Part shown: positions 14,061-27,489 of the stretch, in pieces
Numbering within the stretch: the first letter of the stretch is position 1
Layout of the letters: the number at the start of each line of letters is the position of its first letter
Source of the DNA: Octopus sinensis
Taxonomy: Eukaryota
Direction of reading: 5' to 3'
Assembly (NCBI RefSeq): GCF_006345805.1
Contig: NC_042998.1
Span: 37,758,001-37,822,000 of the forward strand
Length of the DNA stretch: 64,000 nucleotides
Notes under the pieces: generated by a model
What the model was told of the DNA's origin: nothing
Seen by the model: the letters and a program-made list of their open reading frames with translations, nothing else
Database searches by the model: none
Position numbers and translations under genes: made by a program

Positions 14061-14839
14061 ATAAGATAATTCTTGACATAAATAAATTCTTAATCTTCCA
14101 TTTATTCCATTCATTTCCCATGTATACATCGTGCTAAAAAATACAGTGAAAATTGTTCGTCGCCTAAGAAGTAGCGTAATGAAATTGTTTTTCATCAATA
14201 TCTCATCAAAAATTATCTAAAACTTAAAAGGAATCGAAGCATTTTGAAATACCAGGAACAATTTCTCATACAGAAACCACACATTTAAAAATATGTTTTA
14301 TATGTTAACAAGTCAGGAAAAGTAAACATATATTGTGCAAGTCGGGCAGCAAAAAATTGGAGACACGTATGACGTCTCCGACAGGAGATTCCGTCGTTCT
14401 GTCATTTGTGTTTGTGCGTGTGGGTGTCTGTCTGTGTCTGTGTGGATGTCTGTCTGTGTCTCTGTGTGTGTGTGTGTCTGTCTGTGTGTGTGTCTGTATG
14501 TGTAGAAGAATTGGATAAAATAGTGAAAAGGTCACATTTTATTTAACTATGTTCCTATTGAGAAATTAAGAACCGTTCAAATCTATACACACGAACACAC
14601 ACACACACACACACACATATATTTATGTGTGAGAGAGAGTGGGGGATAGGGTGTATACACTATTGTTTACATAAAATGCGTGGTTACCGATCTGATTTCC
14701 AAAGAGGACAAATTATTGGAGCCTGGACCTTCTGGAGCTTCTGTCACTAAAACTTTTGAATTATTTATTTCGGAAGGTAGAGCTCCAAATTCTGTTCCTC
14801 TCCTAAACCGAGGTAAAAACCAGTCCTGGGAAGAATAAT

Positions 14840-15750
14840 TCACGACTGAACGCAAAGTTCACAGAGACGATCCGCTCTATAGTGCAAAATATGTGTAAAA
14901 ACCATCCAAACTCACGCAGCAAAAACGGTATTACGGATAAAATCGCACATCACCAACCACGTGCCTACCAAAACCGTTCAAGATGAGTCCCACAAAGCTG
15001 GGTACCTTGTGAGAGACACAATAGCAAGACTTCTCCTGTCTTCAATCAGACAAGAGAGATTTAGCGGAGACAGGAATGTCGAGACTATCGGAAGTGGTCA
15101 ATGGTTCAATGGAACACTATCATTCTCTTTGATGAATTATCTGTTACTGTTTTGCCCACTTCAGAGCGAATTTATGTCTGGAGACAGCCCAAAGAATCCT
15201 TCGACACTTATTGTCTCTTACTGAGAAGTATATTTATGTTTCTGTAAAGATTTAGGCAGCCATATCAGAGAATTGAATTTCTTGGTTATTGAGTTTTTCT
15301 ACATGATAGAATTAACACCAAGTATTCTTTGAAATGTTAGGTTGATCTTATCCATCCTTACAAAAACACTTTCCTGGTGGTAGCACAATCTTCCAGAACG
15401 ATAATGCAACAATTCACTCGGCTATTCAGAAGAAAATACGAAGAGAAGAAATGTGAAATCGAGATATTTGGAGTGACCCTCGCAAACACCGAATATAAAT
15501 TGGACATTTATAACTGAACAGTTTGGAGCAATAAGGGAGAAACTGCTTCCGTCTGCTATCGTCGCTGAAAGCGCTTGGGCAGGTTTTGCTTTAAGAATGG
15601 CTCAAAATTCCCAGACTTCCTCAGAATCCGTACAAATCAATTCCTTGACCTATTCAGGCTGTGATTAATGGAACCGATATACCAAACCAAATCGGAATTA
15701 AATAAAATTTATATTTAGCAACTTTCCCAGTATTATTTCAAACACCTATA
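14840..15750 (+). mobile_element. Degenerate Tc1 transposon relic
   Basis: Broken frames with HKAGY, IYVWRQPKE and IFQNDNATIH motifs; colinear with the Tc1 at 62411-63663; TIR-like end near 15725-15750. Confidence 0.7.
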
Positions 15751-15759
15751 CATACGCGT

Positions 15760-15823
<64 letters not shown>

Positions 15824-16069
15824 GTGCGTGTGTGCGTGTGTGTGTGTGCGAGTGCGTACGCGTGTGTGTGTATGATTTTATGTATATGTACCAGATTGAA
15901 TCAAAAGTGTTTTTTTCGGATTTTTCCTGATAATTTTTGGCCATGTATCGCCATGTTCTATCATTAATTTTACTTTCGTCCAATAGTTGCAGGATTGTTT
16001 CTTATTTATTTTTATATTTATCATATAAATATTAATTATATATTTTCTCTTATTTTACAGTTTTGATAA

Positions 16070-17125
16070 TGAATGGCGAAAAAATTACAATTAGAGCCAT
16101 TTTACGCTTCTTGTGGGAGATCTGAGTGCAAGGAAATTAACGCAGAAAGCCCCCAAGAGCTGAGATCGAGCGTGTGGCACAAAATTGATTCAGACGTTTT
16201 AAGAAAGAGGACACATAAAACTAGGTCAGGCAGAGACTCCCTGGTGTGAAAAATGAGGCCTTGTTAGAAAAGGTTGAAAAACAAACAGGCACAATCACTC
16301 ATACTCTGTAGGCATTACTTCGTCCTTCACAAAGCATCGTTAAATCAAAATATCCATAAGCTCGCCCTTGCAAATGGGTGATGTATAGAAGTTCCTCACG
16401 AAATGATCAAGGACCAAGCTCAGTGATGTGTGAACATTTGCAAACAACTGGTGGCAAATCTTCGAGATATCCGTTTTCGGCATAAAATTGTAACTGGGGA
16501 TGAAAAGTAGATTTATTTTTCGTAATCCTAATGCGACAAATAAGTGGTTTCATTGCGCCAGGCTTCAAACTCTGTTTTCAAACCAGGGCGTTTTTAACAG
16601 AGGCTTATGTTGTTCGTTTGGTGGAATTTCGAGAGGGTATTGTCCATTGAGTTTGTCTCAGATGGTCATGCTGTGAACACTTACCTTCATTACCAGCTCT
16701 TGCAGCGAGTATATGAAGCTTTGAAAGCTCGCTACCCGGCATTCGTTAATCGACGATCCGCGTTCCTACAACATGACAATTCCCCAGGATACACTGCTAA
16801 TATGACTAAAGGTAAACGTGAGAAACATGAGGGGCTGCAAGTGCTACCCCATCCTGTATACCATCCAGATCTTTCACCAGTAGATTACCAAACTTTCTAA
16901 GGAATGGCTCATTTCCTGGACATTCAACAATAAGTTGAAAACAGCAGCAGGGTCTTGTTTTGCCTCTAAATCAGCCTAAAGCCATAAGCATGGGGTCGAC
17001 TTTTGGCACAACGATGGCAAAAAATACTTTTCCTGTTTGAGAAATAAGCACTTTTCCTATGTAATGCTGTTTGAACTATTAAAGCTTTGACTACGAAAGA
17101 CACCTTTTGACTAAACCTGGTGTAT
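16070..17125 (+). mobile_element. Degenerate mariner (DD34D) transposase relic
   Basis: IVTGDEK* at ~16487; ORF 16607-16900 has FVWWN, FLQHDNS and HPVYHPDLSPVDY (mariner HDNA and YSPDLAP-D motifs); multiple stops. Confidence 0.85.
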
Positions 17126-17154
17126 ATGTGTGTGGGGGGGGAGGCGTGTGTATT

Positions 17155-17342
17155 TTTTTAATTTGTTCCAGTCACTCGATTGCGGCCATGCTGGAGCATC
17201 GAACAAATCAACCCCAGGATTTATTCTTTGTAAGCCTAGTACTTATTCTATTGGTCTATTTTACTGAACTGCTAAGTTACGGGGACGTAAACACACCACC
17301 ATCGGTTTTTAAGCGATATAGGGGACAAACACAGACATACAA

Positions 17343-17377
<35 letters not shown>

Positions 17378-17550
17378 CATACATACGACGGGCTTCTTTC
17401 GGTTTCCGCCTACCAAATCCACTCACAAGGCTTTGGTCGGCCCGAGGCTATAGTAGAAGACACTTGCCCAAGGTGCCACGCAGTGGGACTGAAACCGGAA
17501 CCATATGATTTTTAACCAAGCCACTTACCACACAGATATTTCCGCGCCTG
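17155..17550 (-). mobile_element. SINE family B (CORE-like)
   Basis: Reverse complement of GTGGCTGTGTGGTAAG..GCACCTTGGGCAAGTGTCTT..(TA)n..GCTCCAGCATGGCCGCA. Confidence 0.85.
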
Positions 17551-17567
17551 TATGTATGTATATATAT

Positions 17568-17611
<44 letters not shown>

Positions 17612-17629
17612 ATATATATATATTTATTT

Positions 17630-17990
17630 AATCATTTACTTGCTTCAACCATTAGAGTGCGACCATGCTGGGGCAGCGCCTTAAAAGGTTGAGTCGAAGA
17701 CGTAGACCTTATCCTTATTTTTAATGCCTGGCACTCATTTGATCGATCTCTTTTATCGAATCGCTAACTTATTACGTTAACAAATCAACACAGGCTATTA
17801 AGCGATGATGGAGGGTGAATACAAGCACCAGATCACACACATACGCACACAGACATACATACATACATACATATATAATATATATATATATACACACACA
17901 TACATGCATACATACACACACAAACTCACGCACACATATACGCGATTGGTTTCTTCCATTTTCTGTCTACCAAATCCTGTCTCAAGTCTA
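17630..17990 (-). mobile_element. Degenerate SINE family B copy
   Basis: Diverged tail blocks (GACCATGCTGGGGCAGCGCC, TTTCTGTCTACCAAATCC). Confidence 0.6.
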
Positions 17991-19495
17991 GGATTAGATT
18001 CCGATTCTACACACATTCTCCGGTGAGAATATAAATCTATCAGACAACCATAAACAATACGAATATGGACAAAGGAGGTGGAGCGATGAGATACTGGGAT
18101 AAATACATGGAATTAAATAACATCATTAATTGAAGATCTATATATGCGATTAAATCCGATTCAATTCTTGTTGCTAATATTGTTGATGTTATTATCACTC
18201 TTGTTGCTGTCCTCGACCGAAATTATTGAAAAGTGGGGTGAAAGCAGCGAAAATGGCAAGAGTAGATGACAGATTTGTGAGATGGAGAACAGGAGTTGTA
18301 GAGGGCAATGGCCCTTCGTATTTAGGGATATCTTGGACAGTGGGGTTCCTTGATGCTCCCTACAGGACCTCCTGTATAATGAGGACCACATCACTATCGT
18401 CCTTTTCATTATTTGTAAACACCCACAGTTTAAGTCATCATCGTCGTCGTCGTCTTCATTATTTTTATCATCATTATTATTATCATTATTACCATTATTA
18501 TTATTATTATTATTATTATTATACTTTTCATCTGCATGTTTGTTACGGTCACTTGCTGAGCCACACCCAGTGTCCTGGGGTGAGTGAAGTATAAGAGATA
18601 TTACAGTATAACAAAGCTTGGGAAGGGACAGTACCGAGATATGTTGTTATTATTATTATTATTATTATTATTTCAATGTTAGTTTTTCATACTAAATCTG
18701 ATGCTAGTCAAATGTAGTACAATCAGATATGGTGAAAATTGATCCGTTGCAGTAAAAGTTAACAATGATTCTGAGGAGATTTATGTTATGCCATTGAAAA
18801 TGGATTAAGAATAAAAACAATAACGTAAGAACAAAACACAAATATAACAACATAAAAAGCCAATCTAAAACCATAGATACATGAACGCTCCACATAAGCT
18901 ATCTCAGCTGACAGATCGAGATCAGATGTGTTTGTGGCTAAATATAGCCTACGTCGACGTACAATAATTAGTCCCCTTTTAAATTCTGAACATTCTATTG
19001 ATTATCTAGTAATATGTTATCTGCTTTATCTCGATGAAGGTGCCAAGAACATCACTCAAGTTTTATTACCTCCATGTTTCAGATGACATCCATCGTTTTG
19101 CTTTATAATCTCCGACTGCGGTGGTTAGGTTGGTGCTATGATGTTCAGAGGCGGTGAGTCACATAAATCATCGCTTGGCTGGGACACTGTTTAAAATCTT
19201 TTTTGATTTAATCTATGAAAATTGTCCCGAAAGTAATGCTAAGTAAGTGGTTAGAACTTTCATAACTGACATAGCTTGTTCAAACTGAACCGCTGCTTAG
19301 ATTAACCCTTTCTCAGTTGAAAGACTCTTGTCAGCACAATCTCCATCCCAAGCGATCATTGAACCTAAATTGTAATTCGAGTTGGAAAAATATTCAGATA
19401 CTCAGTTCTGCACTCGTCTCTTCACAACCCAATTCATCTTGTTTTTATCATGAAATCCATATCTCTAAAGACTATTTTTTTTATTGGATGGAACA

Positions 19496-19903
19496 AGGCG
19501 CAGGAGTGGCTGTGTGGTAAGTAGCTTGCTTACCAACCACATGGTTCCTGGTTTCAGTCCCACTGCATGGCACCTTGGGCAAGTGTCTTCTGCTATAGCC
19601 CCGGGCCGACCAAAGCCTTGTGAGTGGATTTGGTAGACGGAAACTGAAAGAAGCCCGTCGTATATATGTATATATATATATATATGTACGTGTATGTTTG
19701 TGTGTCTGTGTTTGTCCCCCTAGCATTGCTTGACAACCGATGCTGGTGTGTTTATGTCCCCGTCACTTAGCGGTTCGGAAAATGAGACCGATAGAATAAG
19801 TACTGGGATTACAAAGAATAAGTCCCGAGGTCGATTTGTTCGATTAAAGGCGGTGCTCCAGCATGGCCGCAGTCAAATGACTGAAACAAGTAAAAGAGTA
19901 AAG
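19496..19903 (+). mobile_element. SINE family B (CORE-like), near full length
   Basis: Head AGGCGCAGGAGTGGCTGTGTGGTAAG, CORE-like ACCTTGGGCAAGTGTCTT, internal microsatellite, conserved tail. Confidence 0.9.
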
Positions 19904-20289
19904 TGAAGTGAAAGTTGGAGGGATATTGTACTGTGGAGAGGGAGGGCTACTTTGCCTCCCATTTTACTAATTACATGATCTCTTGCCAATGCCGTGTGTG
20001 GTTGTGCAATGGGAGTCATTTTCAGTCTTGTGTGGTCTCTTCCTCAGTAGAACTTCTGTGACCCTTTTAGCTCTGTCAATTTTCTTCTCGTCATTCACAG
20101 TACAACCATGTTTCAAAAGCGTCAATGAGAACGATGCCCACATTATAATTTTATGTGCCGATCACTTGTCCTTTAAGCTGCATAGAATGAGGAGTGTGAC
20201 GACCTTCCATAGACTCAGCTTTCGTTTCCAATCTGTCAGAAGTAAATAATTATCTTCATTACCTTTAAACGGTTCCATTATATTCTGCA

Positions 20290-20620
20290 ATGCATTGTGA
20301 CCAGAGTCCAGTTGTCCAGTAAACTCACACATTCTGAGGCGTCTGTCGCGCAAGCCAATTCCTCCACTTATGGCCCATTATTGTCAGACATCGCTATTTT
20401 GCCAATGCGTGATTTCTCTTGAATGATGCTTCCACGACTTTAAAATCTCTGTACCTAGCTGTGCAGATTCCTCATGGCAATGGGGTCATTTCGATAAGCA
20501 ATGACCTACTGCCTTCTGTGCATTCCAGGCAGTCATTGCCAAGAGCTCAATGACAGCAGTAGGCTTTTGTATAGAGCCCATGTTTTTCCCTGCAAACCTA
20601 TATGAGGAAGAATAAATTAC
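20290..20620 (-). mobile_element. Highly degenerate RTE-type LINE ORF2 C-terminal relic
   Basis: Reverse-strand fragments LYKSLLLS, ILK-SWKHH and RDRRLRMC in the order expected for the RTE C-terminus. Confidence 0.4.
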
Positions 20621-22867
20621 TCTCGGGAAATATGCACAATGGATTTCAGTGTCTTACCGTTCACACAACATCGATGACACCAAATAAGCTGAGAACCCAT
20701 TCACTGAGACTCCACTTTCTCAACTGTGGTTCAAAGTTAAGTGGTTAAGGTTAATAGAACTGACTCCAGATTTAAACTTCGAAACAGACTCTTTCATCAA
20801 TAAGACAACCAAACAAGATGAAAAGGAACTTTTTTTTACTTGTCTGCTCGTACGAACAATACTCGGATTGGAAGAGAAGTTATCTGATGTTTAAACGATG
20901 AATTTTCTTGGTCAGGCTTTTGTTTTCTGATAAGGTTTTCTCTATGTAGAAACATTATCATCGAAAGCACGTTTTATTGGATAGGCAACGTTGAGTAGAA
21001 AATAAGCTTCTTCGGTCAGGGTCCACGGCCTTATTTTTGAATGAGTGGTTCTTCAAGGGATGAGCAGCACAACATGTATTGTGACAGAAATACTGTGGAG
21101 CTGCAAGATATATTATTTAATATTGCTATCATATATTTATACTCGTGGGCTGATGAAAAATCATTTAAAGTCCAGCCAGGAAAGGCTTGAAACAAATACT
21201 GACATATAGATTTACCGTTTGAATGACCTCAACAAATTGCAACATTTCCTACACGCTAACTACTTAGAAAAAAAAATTGAAGAAAATCATGTATAGTCAT
21301 CTAAAATGAATATGTTGTATCATTAGATTATCGGCGAAGACTTGTGTTCAGCAGTGCACAACTCGTCTCTAACCAGGCAATTAAGTAATCTGCTAATCGG
21401 GAGTACAAAGCATATGTGGCACGAAATGGTCAATCAGAAAATGTATTCCAACTACAGAGAGGCTCAACAGTATTTCCTCGCTGTATTACAAAGCATAGAC
21501 TTTTAAAGAAGATGGTTGTGTGATTCCTAGTTGCTCAAAATCTGTATTGTTTCAATAGGCATTTTATATAAATAACAGGATCTCTGAAATAGTATTGTGA
21601 TAAATTTGCATCATATTCAAGGAGGACATTTACCTGAGCTTTGATTCCTGAAGTTCGAGTCAAAAACATGAAATCCCAAGCTGAAAGCGATCCATGATGA
21701 CGACAACCACTACGCTTTTGGTAAGAACCTGTGACTATAAGAGTAATTGTGGTTACTCGGTGACAGTGTTACTTAACTGCAGTTTCAACTTTGCGTGTCT
21801 TGTATAAGTAGTCTTCATAATATAAGCAAAAGTTTTATGAATGAAAATATGAAAAATATTGAGGGCAAAACAAGCTTCGAATTTAGAACAGAAAATTCCT
21901 GTTTTGTGTTGTGGATGAATGTACTCTGAGGAGGTGAAGCAATACACGAAATAAAATCGAGAAAGACTATTAATAGACAACAAAAGGGACATGTCTAAAA
22001 TGAGAAATAATGTCGCAAATCGTAGAGAAGTCGATGAAATCCAATACCAAGAATCTATTTCAACACAATGACACTCTGAACCGGTATTCTAGAGTTTCCG
22101 CCGAATTTATTCCATAGTGATATACGTAGGAAATACATTCTGACAACAACGCCGCAACGCAATGGCTCGATATGTGAAAAGTAGTAGACAACATCTCTGA
22201 AGCCACACATCGTTGTCTTTGTATTAGAAAGTAGATACGCGAGTGGAAGCTAATTCCCCAACTCGTCTAGAGAGAAACGGTCAAGTCAACAACGGCAGCT
22301 CTATCATACAATTCGCTTGACCACAGAAATAGCAGGCAAGGCTCTTTCCGCTTCGCAACCAGTTAAAAACTATTGTCTCAATGGAAAGAACGACAGACTG
22401 TAAAAGGTGATCCTAAATCAAAAACACCGAAGAGGGAAGACAGGATATTCACAGTTGGGGTTTTAAGACCCACCTGACCTACGGGTAGGCAAATACCTGG
22501 AATTTTGAAGATCAAAATACGGTCAATATAAAACGACTTTGAAAAAAGGGGATTTCAGAAGAAAATTTCATGATTTTTTTTTTCTCTAATACACTGGAAA
22601 GAAATTGGAAATATTTTCTACATTCAGAAAGAAATCCTAATAAATTGGAAACGTCGCATATTACAAGCATTACTCCTGAAGGGTAATGATTAATAAAGCT
22701 TTTTCACCCTGCTGGTGAGAGGCATGTATGTTTATACAGACATTCATACGTATATATTATGTGTGTGTGTGTGTCTGTACATATATGTGTGCGTGCGAGG
22801 TGAGGGGAAACACTGAGAACAAGTCAAAAATACGTTAAATATATATATATATGCGTTTACACACACA

Positions 22868-22980
<113 letters not shown>

Positions 22981-23269
22981 AGAGATATATTGTGTAATTA
23001 AAACAAGTTTACCTTTGTAAGATGAGTTGTGAATAATTGTATTCTGTTTTTATGATTGATTGATTGATTGATTGATTCTAGTTTCAGCTTATGAGCTGTG
23101 GCCATGCTGGGGCACCGCCATTGTATGAAAAATAAAAATATAAAGATACGACGTTTTCACAGAAGAAAAGGTTACGTATTATTGTTCAACTGAAATTTTA
23201 CTGCTATAAGTATTCTTGCTGATATATTCAGAACTTACCCCACACCATCATCCTTCTCTACTCTATACT

Positions 23270-23890
23270 CTACTTTTTCATGATTTTTCTACTTTTTCCC
23301 GACCCCAACTTGAGTACTGTTGTCCACCGTGGTCTCTCCATACGAAGCAACCCATTATGAAAGTAGAAACACTCCAGAGGTCCATAACAAGAAAGATAGA
23401 TGATGGCATGAGAGGCATTAATAATTGGGGTCGACAAAAAGAAAAAAAATCAATTCTCTACTCTCTCCAACGCCGCCGGGAGTGCTACATTATTTGTGTT
23501 ATGTGGAAAATATTCCATCAATATTACACAAACGATGCTGGCATCAATTTTAAAATCCATCCAAAACTTGGCCCCCGTGTTCTCCACCCACTACAAAAAT
23601 CGAACTCAGGACACATGACATTAGATCATAAGTACTTTACTTCAACCGGTCCAGCTCTCTTTAATACCATACCGAAATATGCCAAAACGGAAACGGATCC
23701 CATAAAATTCAAAAGTTCACTGGACAAATTTCTCAAAAAAAAAAAAAATCCCGGACCAACCACCTACACCTGGATATTGTCTCCAACAATAATAGTTCTT
23801 TGCTACAGTGGGCCATGGTGCCCCATGTATGATTAAAGACTTCACCAGGTGGTGCTATTAAGTTAGACATGGCCTGGGCCTATACTAGCC
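23270..23890 (+). mobile_element. 5'-truncated CR1/L2-group LINE, ORF2 C-terminus plus 3' tail
   Basis: SRPQLEYCCPPWS, VETLQRSITRKI, YSLQRRRE, GPALFNTIP and FKSSLDKFL match the CR1-type post-RT motifs. Confidence 0.8.
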
Positions 23891-23999
23891 GAAACCTATC
23901 AGTTACATATATATATATATATATGGTTATACACACACTTATATGCAAACACTGTACGCAAGTGCACGCACACAAACATATATATATATATATATATAT

Positions 24000-24227
24000 T
24001 TCTTTATTGCCCACAAGGGGCTAAACCTAGAGGGGACAAACAAGGACAGACAAAGGGATTGAGACGATTAAATCGACCCCAGTGCGTAACTGGTACTTTC
24101 TTTATCGACCCCGGAAGGATGAAAGCCAAAGTCGACCTCACCGGAATTTGAACTCAGAACGTAGCGACAGACGAAATACTACAGAGCATTTCGCCCGGTG
24201 TGCTAACGATTCTGCCAGCTCGCCGCT
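24000..24227 (-). mobile_element. SINE family A within a (TA)n tract
   Basis: High similarity to 33917-34144 and 45277-45505. Confidence 0.9.
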
Positions 24228-24689
24228 AATATATATATAGTTTCCTTTATTGCAGTAGAGAAGAATATGTAATGACCCTTATTTTTACCTTATCTTTTCT
24301 ATCATTGTGTTGTGTAAGAGCCAGTCCAGCTGGAGCACAGCTATGGTTTTTACAATATAGGATGGGGATCAACTAGAACCTCGCAACCGGCCACAGGAAT
24401 GCGCGGAGTTTTGTTCTTTGTTTTTTTGGGGGTTTTTTACTAATCTTAGTATCCTGCATTTAAGCAACAAAGACGATAAAAACGAAAAAGGGTATATTCT
24501 TTACCATACGAGGTAGATCATTGATTTATCGACATCATCTCTTCTTCCGGGTATGGTAGACATAATTTTCTACTTTAATAATAAGAAGCTTACGTTTTAT
24601 AAGCATTTAACCACCGAAGTGAAAAAACTATCAGAAAAGCCGTTTCTATTCAGTTTTTCAAATATTTATTCGTTTTTACTCGAGGGACA

Positions 24690-24882
24690 AGCCCCGAAAA
24701 TTTGGGGGGAGGGGGACAGTCGATTAGATGGACCTCAGTATGCAACTCGTACTTAATTTATCGAGGCCGAAAGGATGAAAGGCAAAGTCGACCTCGGCGG
24801 AATTTGAACTCAGAACGTAACGGCAGACAAATACTGCTAAGCATTTCGCTCGGCGTGCTAACGTTTCTGCCAGCCATCCGCT
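24690..24882 (-). mobile_element. SINE family A
   Basis: GGCAAAGTCGACCTCGGCGGAATTTGAACTCAGAACG..GCTAACGTTTCTGCCAGC. Confidence 0.85.
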
Positions 24883-24917
24883 TTTTTTCAAATATTACTG
24901 TATTTCTAATTTCACTA

Positions 24918-24968
<51 letters not shown>

Positions 24969-25168
24969 TGGGGTGCGTGAATTTACATATACTTGTTTTT
25001 GCCTTGAGAAATGTGGTTGGGCTAATTTTTATAACGTACTTAACCACGTGTCTCAATGGCAAGAAACTATTTGTAGCTCTTGTTTTAAAACAGTGTACAT
25101 TGAATGATATTTATCTCTCACTCAATGGAATACTTTTTCGTTGATTCTATCTAAACAGAACAGTAACC

Positions 25169-25207
<39 letters not shown>

Positions 25208-25798
25208 CTACCTTACACGCATACATATCTATCTATACCTATCTGTATACACACAGACACACACATACAGACAGACACACACACACACACATACAGACAC
25301 ACACACACACACACACAGACATACACACACACACATACACATGCCAAACGAGTAATGTTAAATTTTGGCGCATTTCGGAAACAATTGTGGCGAAAGTGTT
25401 GTACTATGACTTCGAGCGGGATTGAAACAGCAACCCATTCTCATCCTGCTGGCTGTGTATATCTTCTTGCAGATGGATGCTGAATACTGATATGATTAAT
25501 AACTAGAGCGGTGGCTCTACAATAACAAACTTCATCCGCGCTTCCTTCTCGCTGTTTCGTTTTTTCTTTGTCTCCTATCGTCAGCCGATCCTGTGTCTCT
25601 GATGAATATCCACTTGCCATTCATACAGGTTTTAATCCAACAGCATTAGCAACAAAAAATTTAATGATAAACGAACAAAAGTAAACAGAAAACTGTAAGT
25701 GTGTGTGTGAGTGAATGAAAGAGATACGTTCTGTGTGTGTGCGTGTGTCCGCGAATGCGTGTGTGTGCATGTGCGCGGATGTGTGTGCGTATTCGGCT

Positions 25799-25839
25799 CA
25801 TGGCAACTAGAGCAGTTGAAGAACCGTTACCCTGGTAAC
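25799..25839. promoter_or_regulatory. Candidate RFX X-box plus half-site
   Basis: GTTACC-CT-GGTAAC at 25826-39 fits GTNRCC-N0-3-RGYAAC; CATGGCAAC half-site at 25799-807. Confidence 0.3.
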
Positions 25840-26512
25840 CATGCCTGTCTGTGGCAAACATCAGCAGACATTCAGATTGAACAACTCTTTGAAATGTAGT
25901 TTACACGTCTCACCCATTTTACTTGTAAATAAATAAATAATTGTTTATTTTGTTTCTCTCATCTATACGTAAATCTATGTTCATACGAAGAGGTGAGATG
26001 TGGTTTTGGTGGTTTCTCGAACGCATATGAAGTGGGGTGAAATTCGTTTCTGGGCGTTACAGCACTCAACGGAATAAGTGTAAATTGATTTCTTTTTTTC
26101 ACTCACTCAGATAATGAGGAGAATGTATTGGATGTTGCATCTTTCATTCATTGCCTTAATGGAGTAATATTATTGTGAATTAAATTCATTCTGACCGGAT
26201 GTTGAAAGTATACAATAATTTCAGTTTAGCTGTAGGTTAATCACTGACTGCCTACTTTCTAAATACATATGAACAACTTGTAAGAAAGAATGAAATAGAA
26301 AAGTCAAAGAGAGCACAACTGTGTGATCGTTCGATCTGCTAGAAATAGGTGCCAAATTCCTCAAGTCACATTCATCGTTTTAAACAGCTTTGGATATTAT
26401 AATCGAAGGAAAACTATGTCAAAATATTGTTTGTCATAGTGAAATGTCTTTGATGATATTTCGACCTGATCAGGGTGGGTGGAGGCTGCACAGCACCACC
26501 AACAGCAACAAC

Positions 26513-26894
26513 AGGAGGCGCAATGGCCCAGTGGTTCGGGCAACAGACTCGCGGTCAGAGGATCGCGGTTTCGATTCCCAGACCGGGTGTTGTGTGTGTT
26601 TATTGAGCGAAAACACCTAAAGCTCTACGAGTCTCAAGCAGGGGGTGGTGGCGACCCCTGTTGTACTCTTTCGCCCCAACTTTCTCTCACTCTTTCTTCC
26701 TGTTTCTTGTCCCAACTTCCTACGCAACCGTTGAGCCTGGATGCACATTCATCCATCCGTCGATGCTCTCGGTTGACCTGTTTTCTCTTATGTGGGTCTT
26801 ACGAATAGCAAAGGACCACGTTTCGGACTTCTCCTCAGGCGCGATCTTGCGAGCTCTGGGACGAAGACCGCTTCGCTCAACAAACAAACAAACA
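26513..26894 (+). mobile_element. SINE with family C head but a different 3' half, (ACAA)n end
   Basis: Head and CAACTTTCTCTCACTCTTTCTTCCTG shared with 13773-14060; candidate TSD AACAGCAACA at 26501-10 and 26895-904. Confidence 0.75.
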
Positions 26895-27213
26895 AACAGC
26901 AACAGCAAAAGAAAAATATATAATAATATGACTTTACATCGAATAAATTCAGAAACGTGTTAGTCTTTCAACTTACCGGTAGCAACATGTCCGCTGAAGA
27001 GCAGAACACGCTAAATAATAAAACAGAAAATAGTATCCACTTCATAGCAATGAATGATATACTTTGGGTTGGGTTGGGTGTAATTAATTCAACTCTTTCT
27101 ATGTTACAATCGGGATTTACTTTAGCAAACCAGACGGATCAAAGAGCAAGCAGACGTTCACGGATTTGGGGCAGTATTTAGTTCGATTCTGTAAATTCTG
27201 TCAACACCTAACT

Positions 27214-27246
<33 letters not shown>

Positions 27247-27259
27247 ATAATAATAATAA

Positions 27260-27480
27260 TAATTGTCGGAGCCCTAAGAACAGTGAGTAAAAATCTTGAG
27301 AAGTATATGGAACAAATAGGGGCTGCAATAAGGGTAGAGCACTTGCAGAAAACAGCACTGCATGGAACCGTTCGAATACTCCGGATGGTGCTCGAAAAAT
27401 AAGAGGTGTTACTTTGGTTTACTGGTAGTGAACAGCTGACACTGTAGTACATCTCCAGCGTCAGAAGCTGTGCAAAGGCA
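27260..27480 (+). mobile_element. Short 3' end of R4/Dong-like non-LTR element in (GTA)n(TAA)n
   Basis: IVGALRTVSKNLEKYMEQIGAAIRVEHLQKTALHGTVRILRMVLEK; nearly identical 3' UTR to 56440-56655; TAA repeats on both sides. Confidence 0.8.
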
Positions 27481-27489
27481 ATAATAATA

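Noticed and set aside
18161-18594. GC-richer ORFs
   Set aside because: No coherent domain; partly trinucleotide repeats
26808-26852. Antisense HHR-like CTGAGGA..GAAAC..GTC in the SINE tail
   Set aside because: Stem II works only if three core bases are missing, stem I is not adjacent, and it is antisense to the SINE
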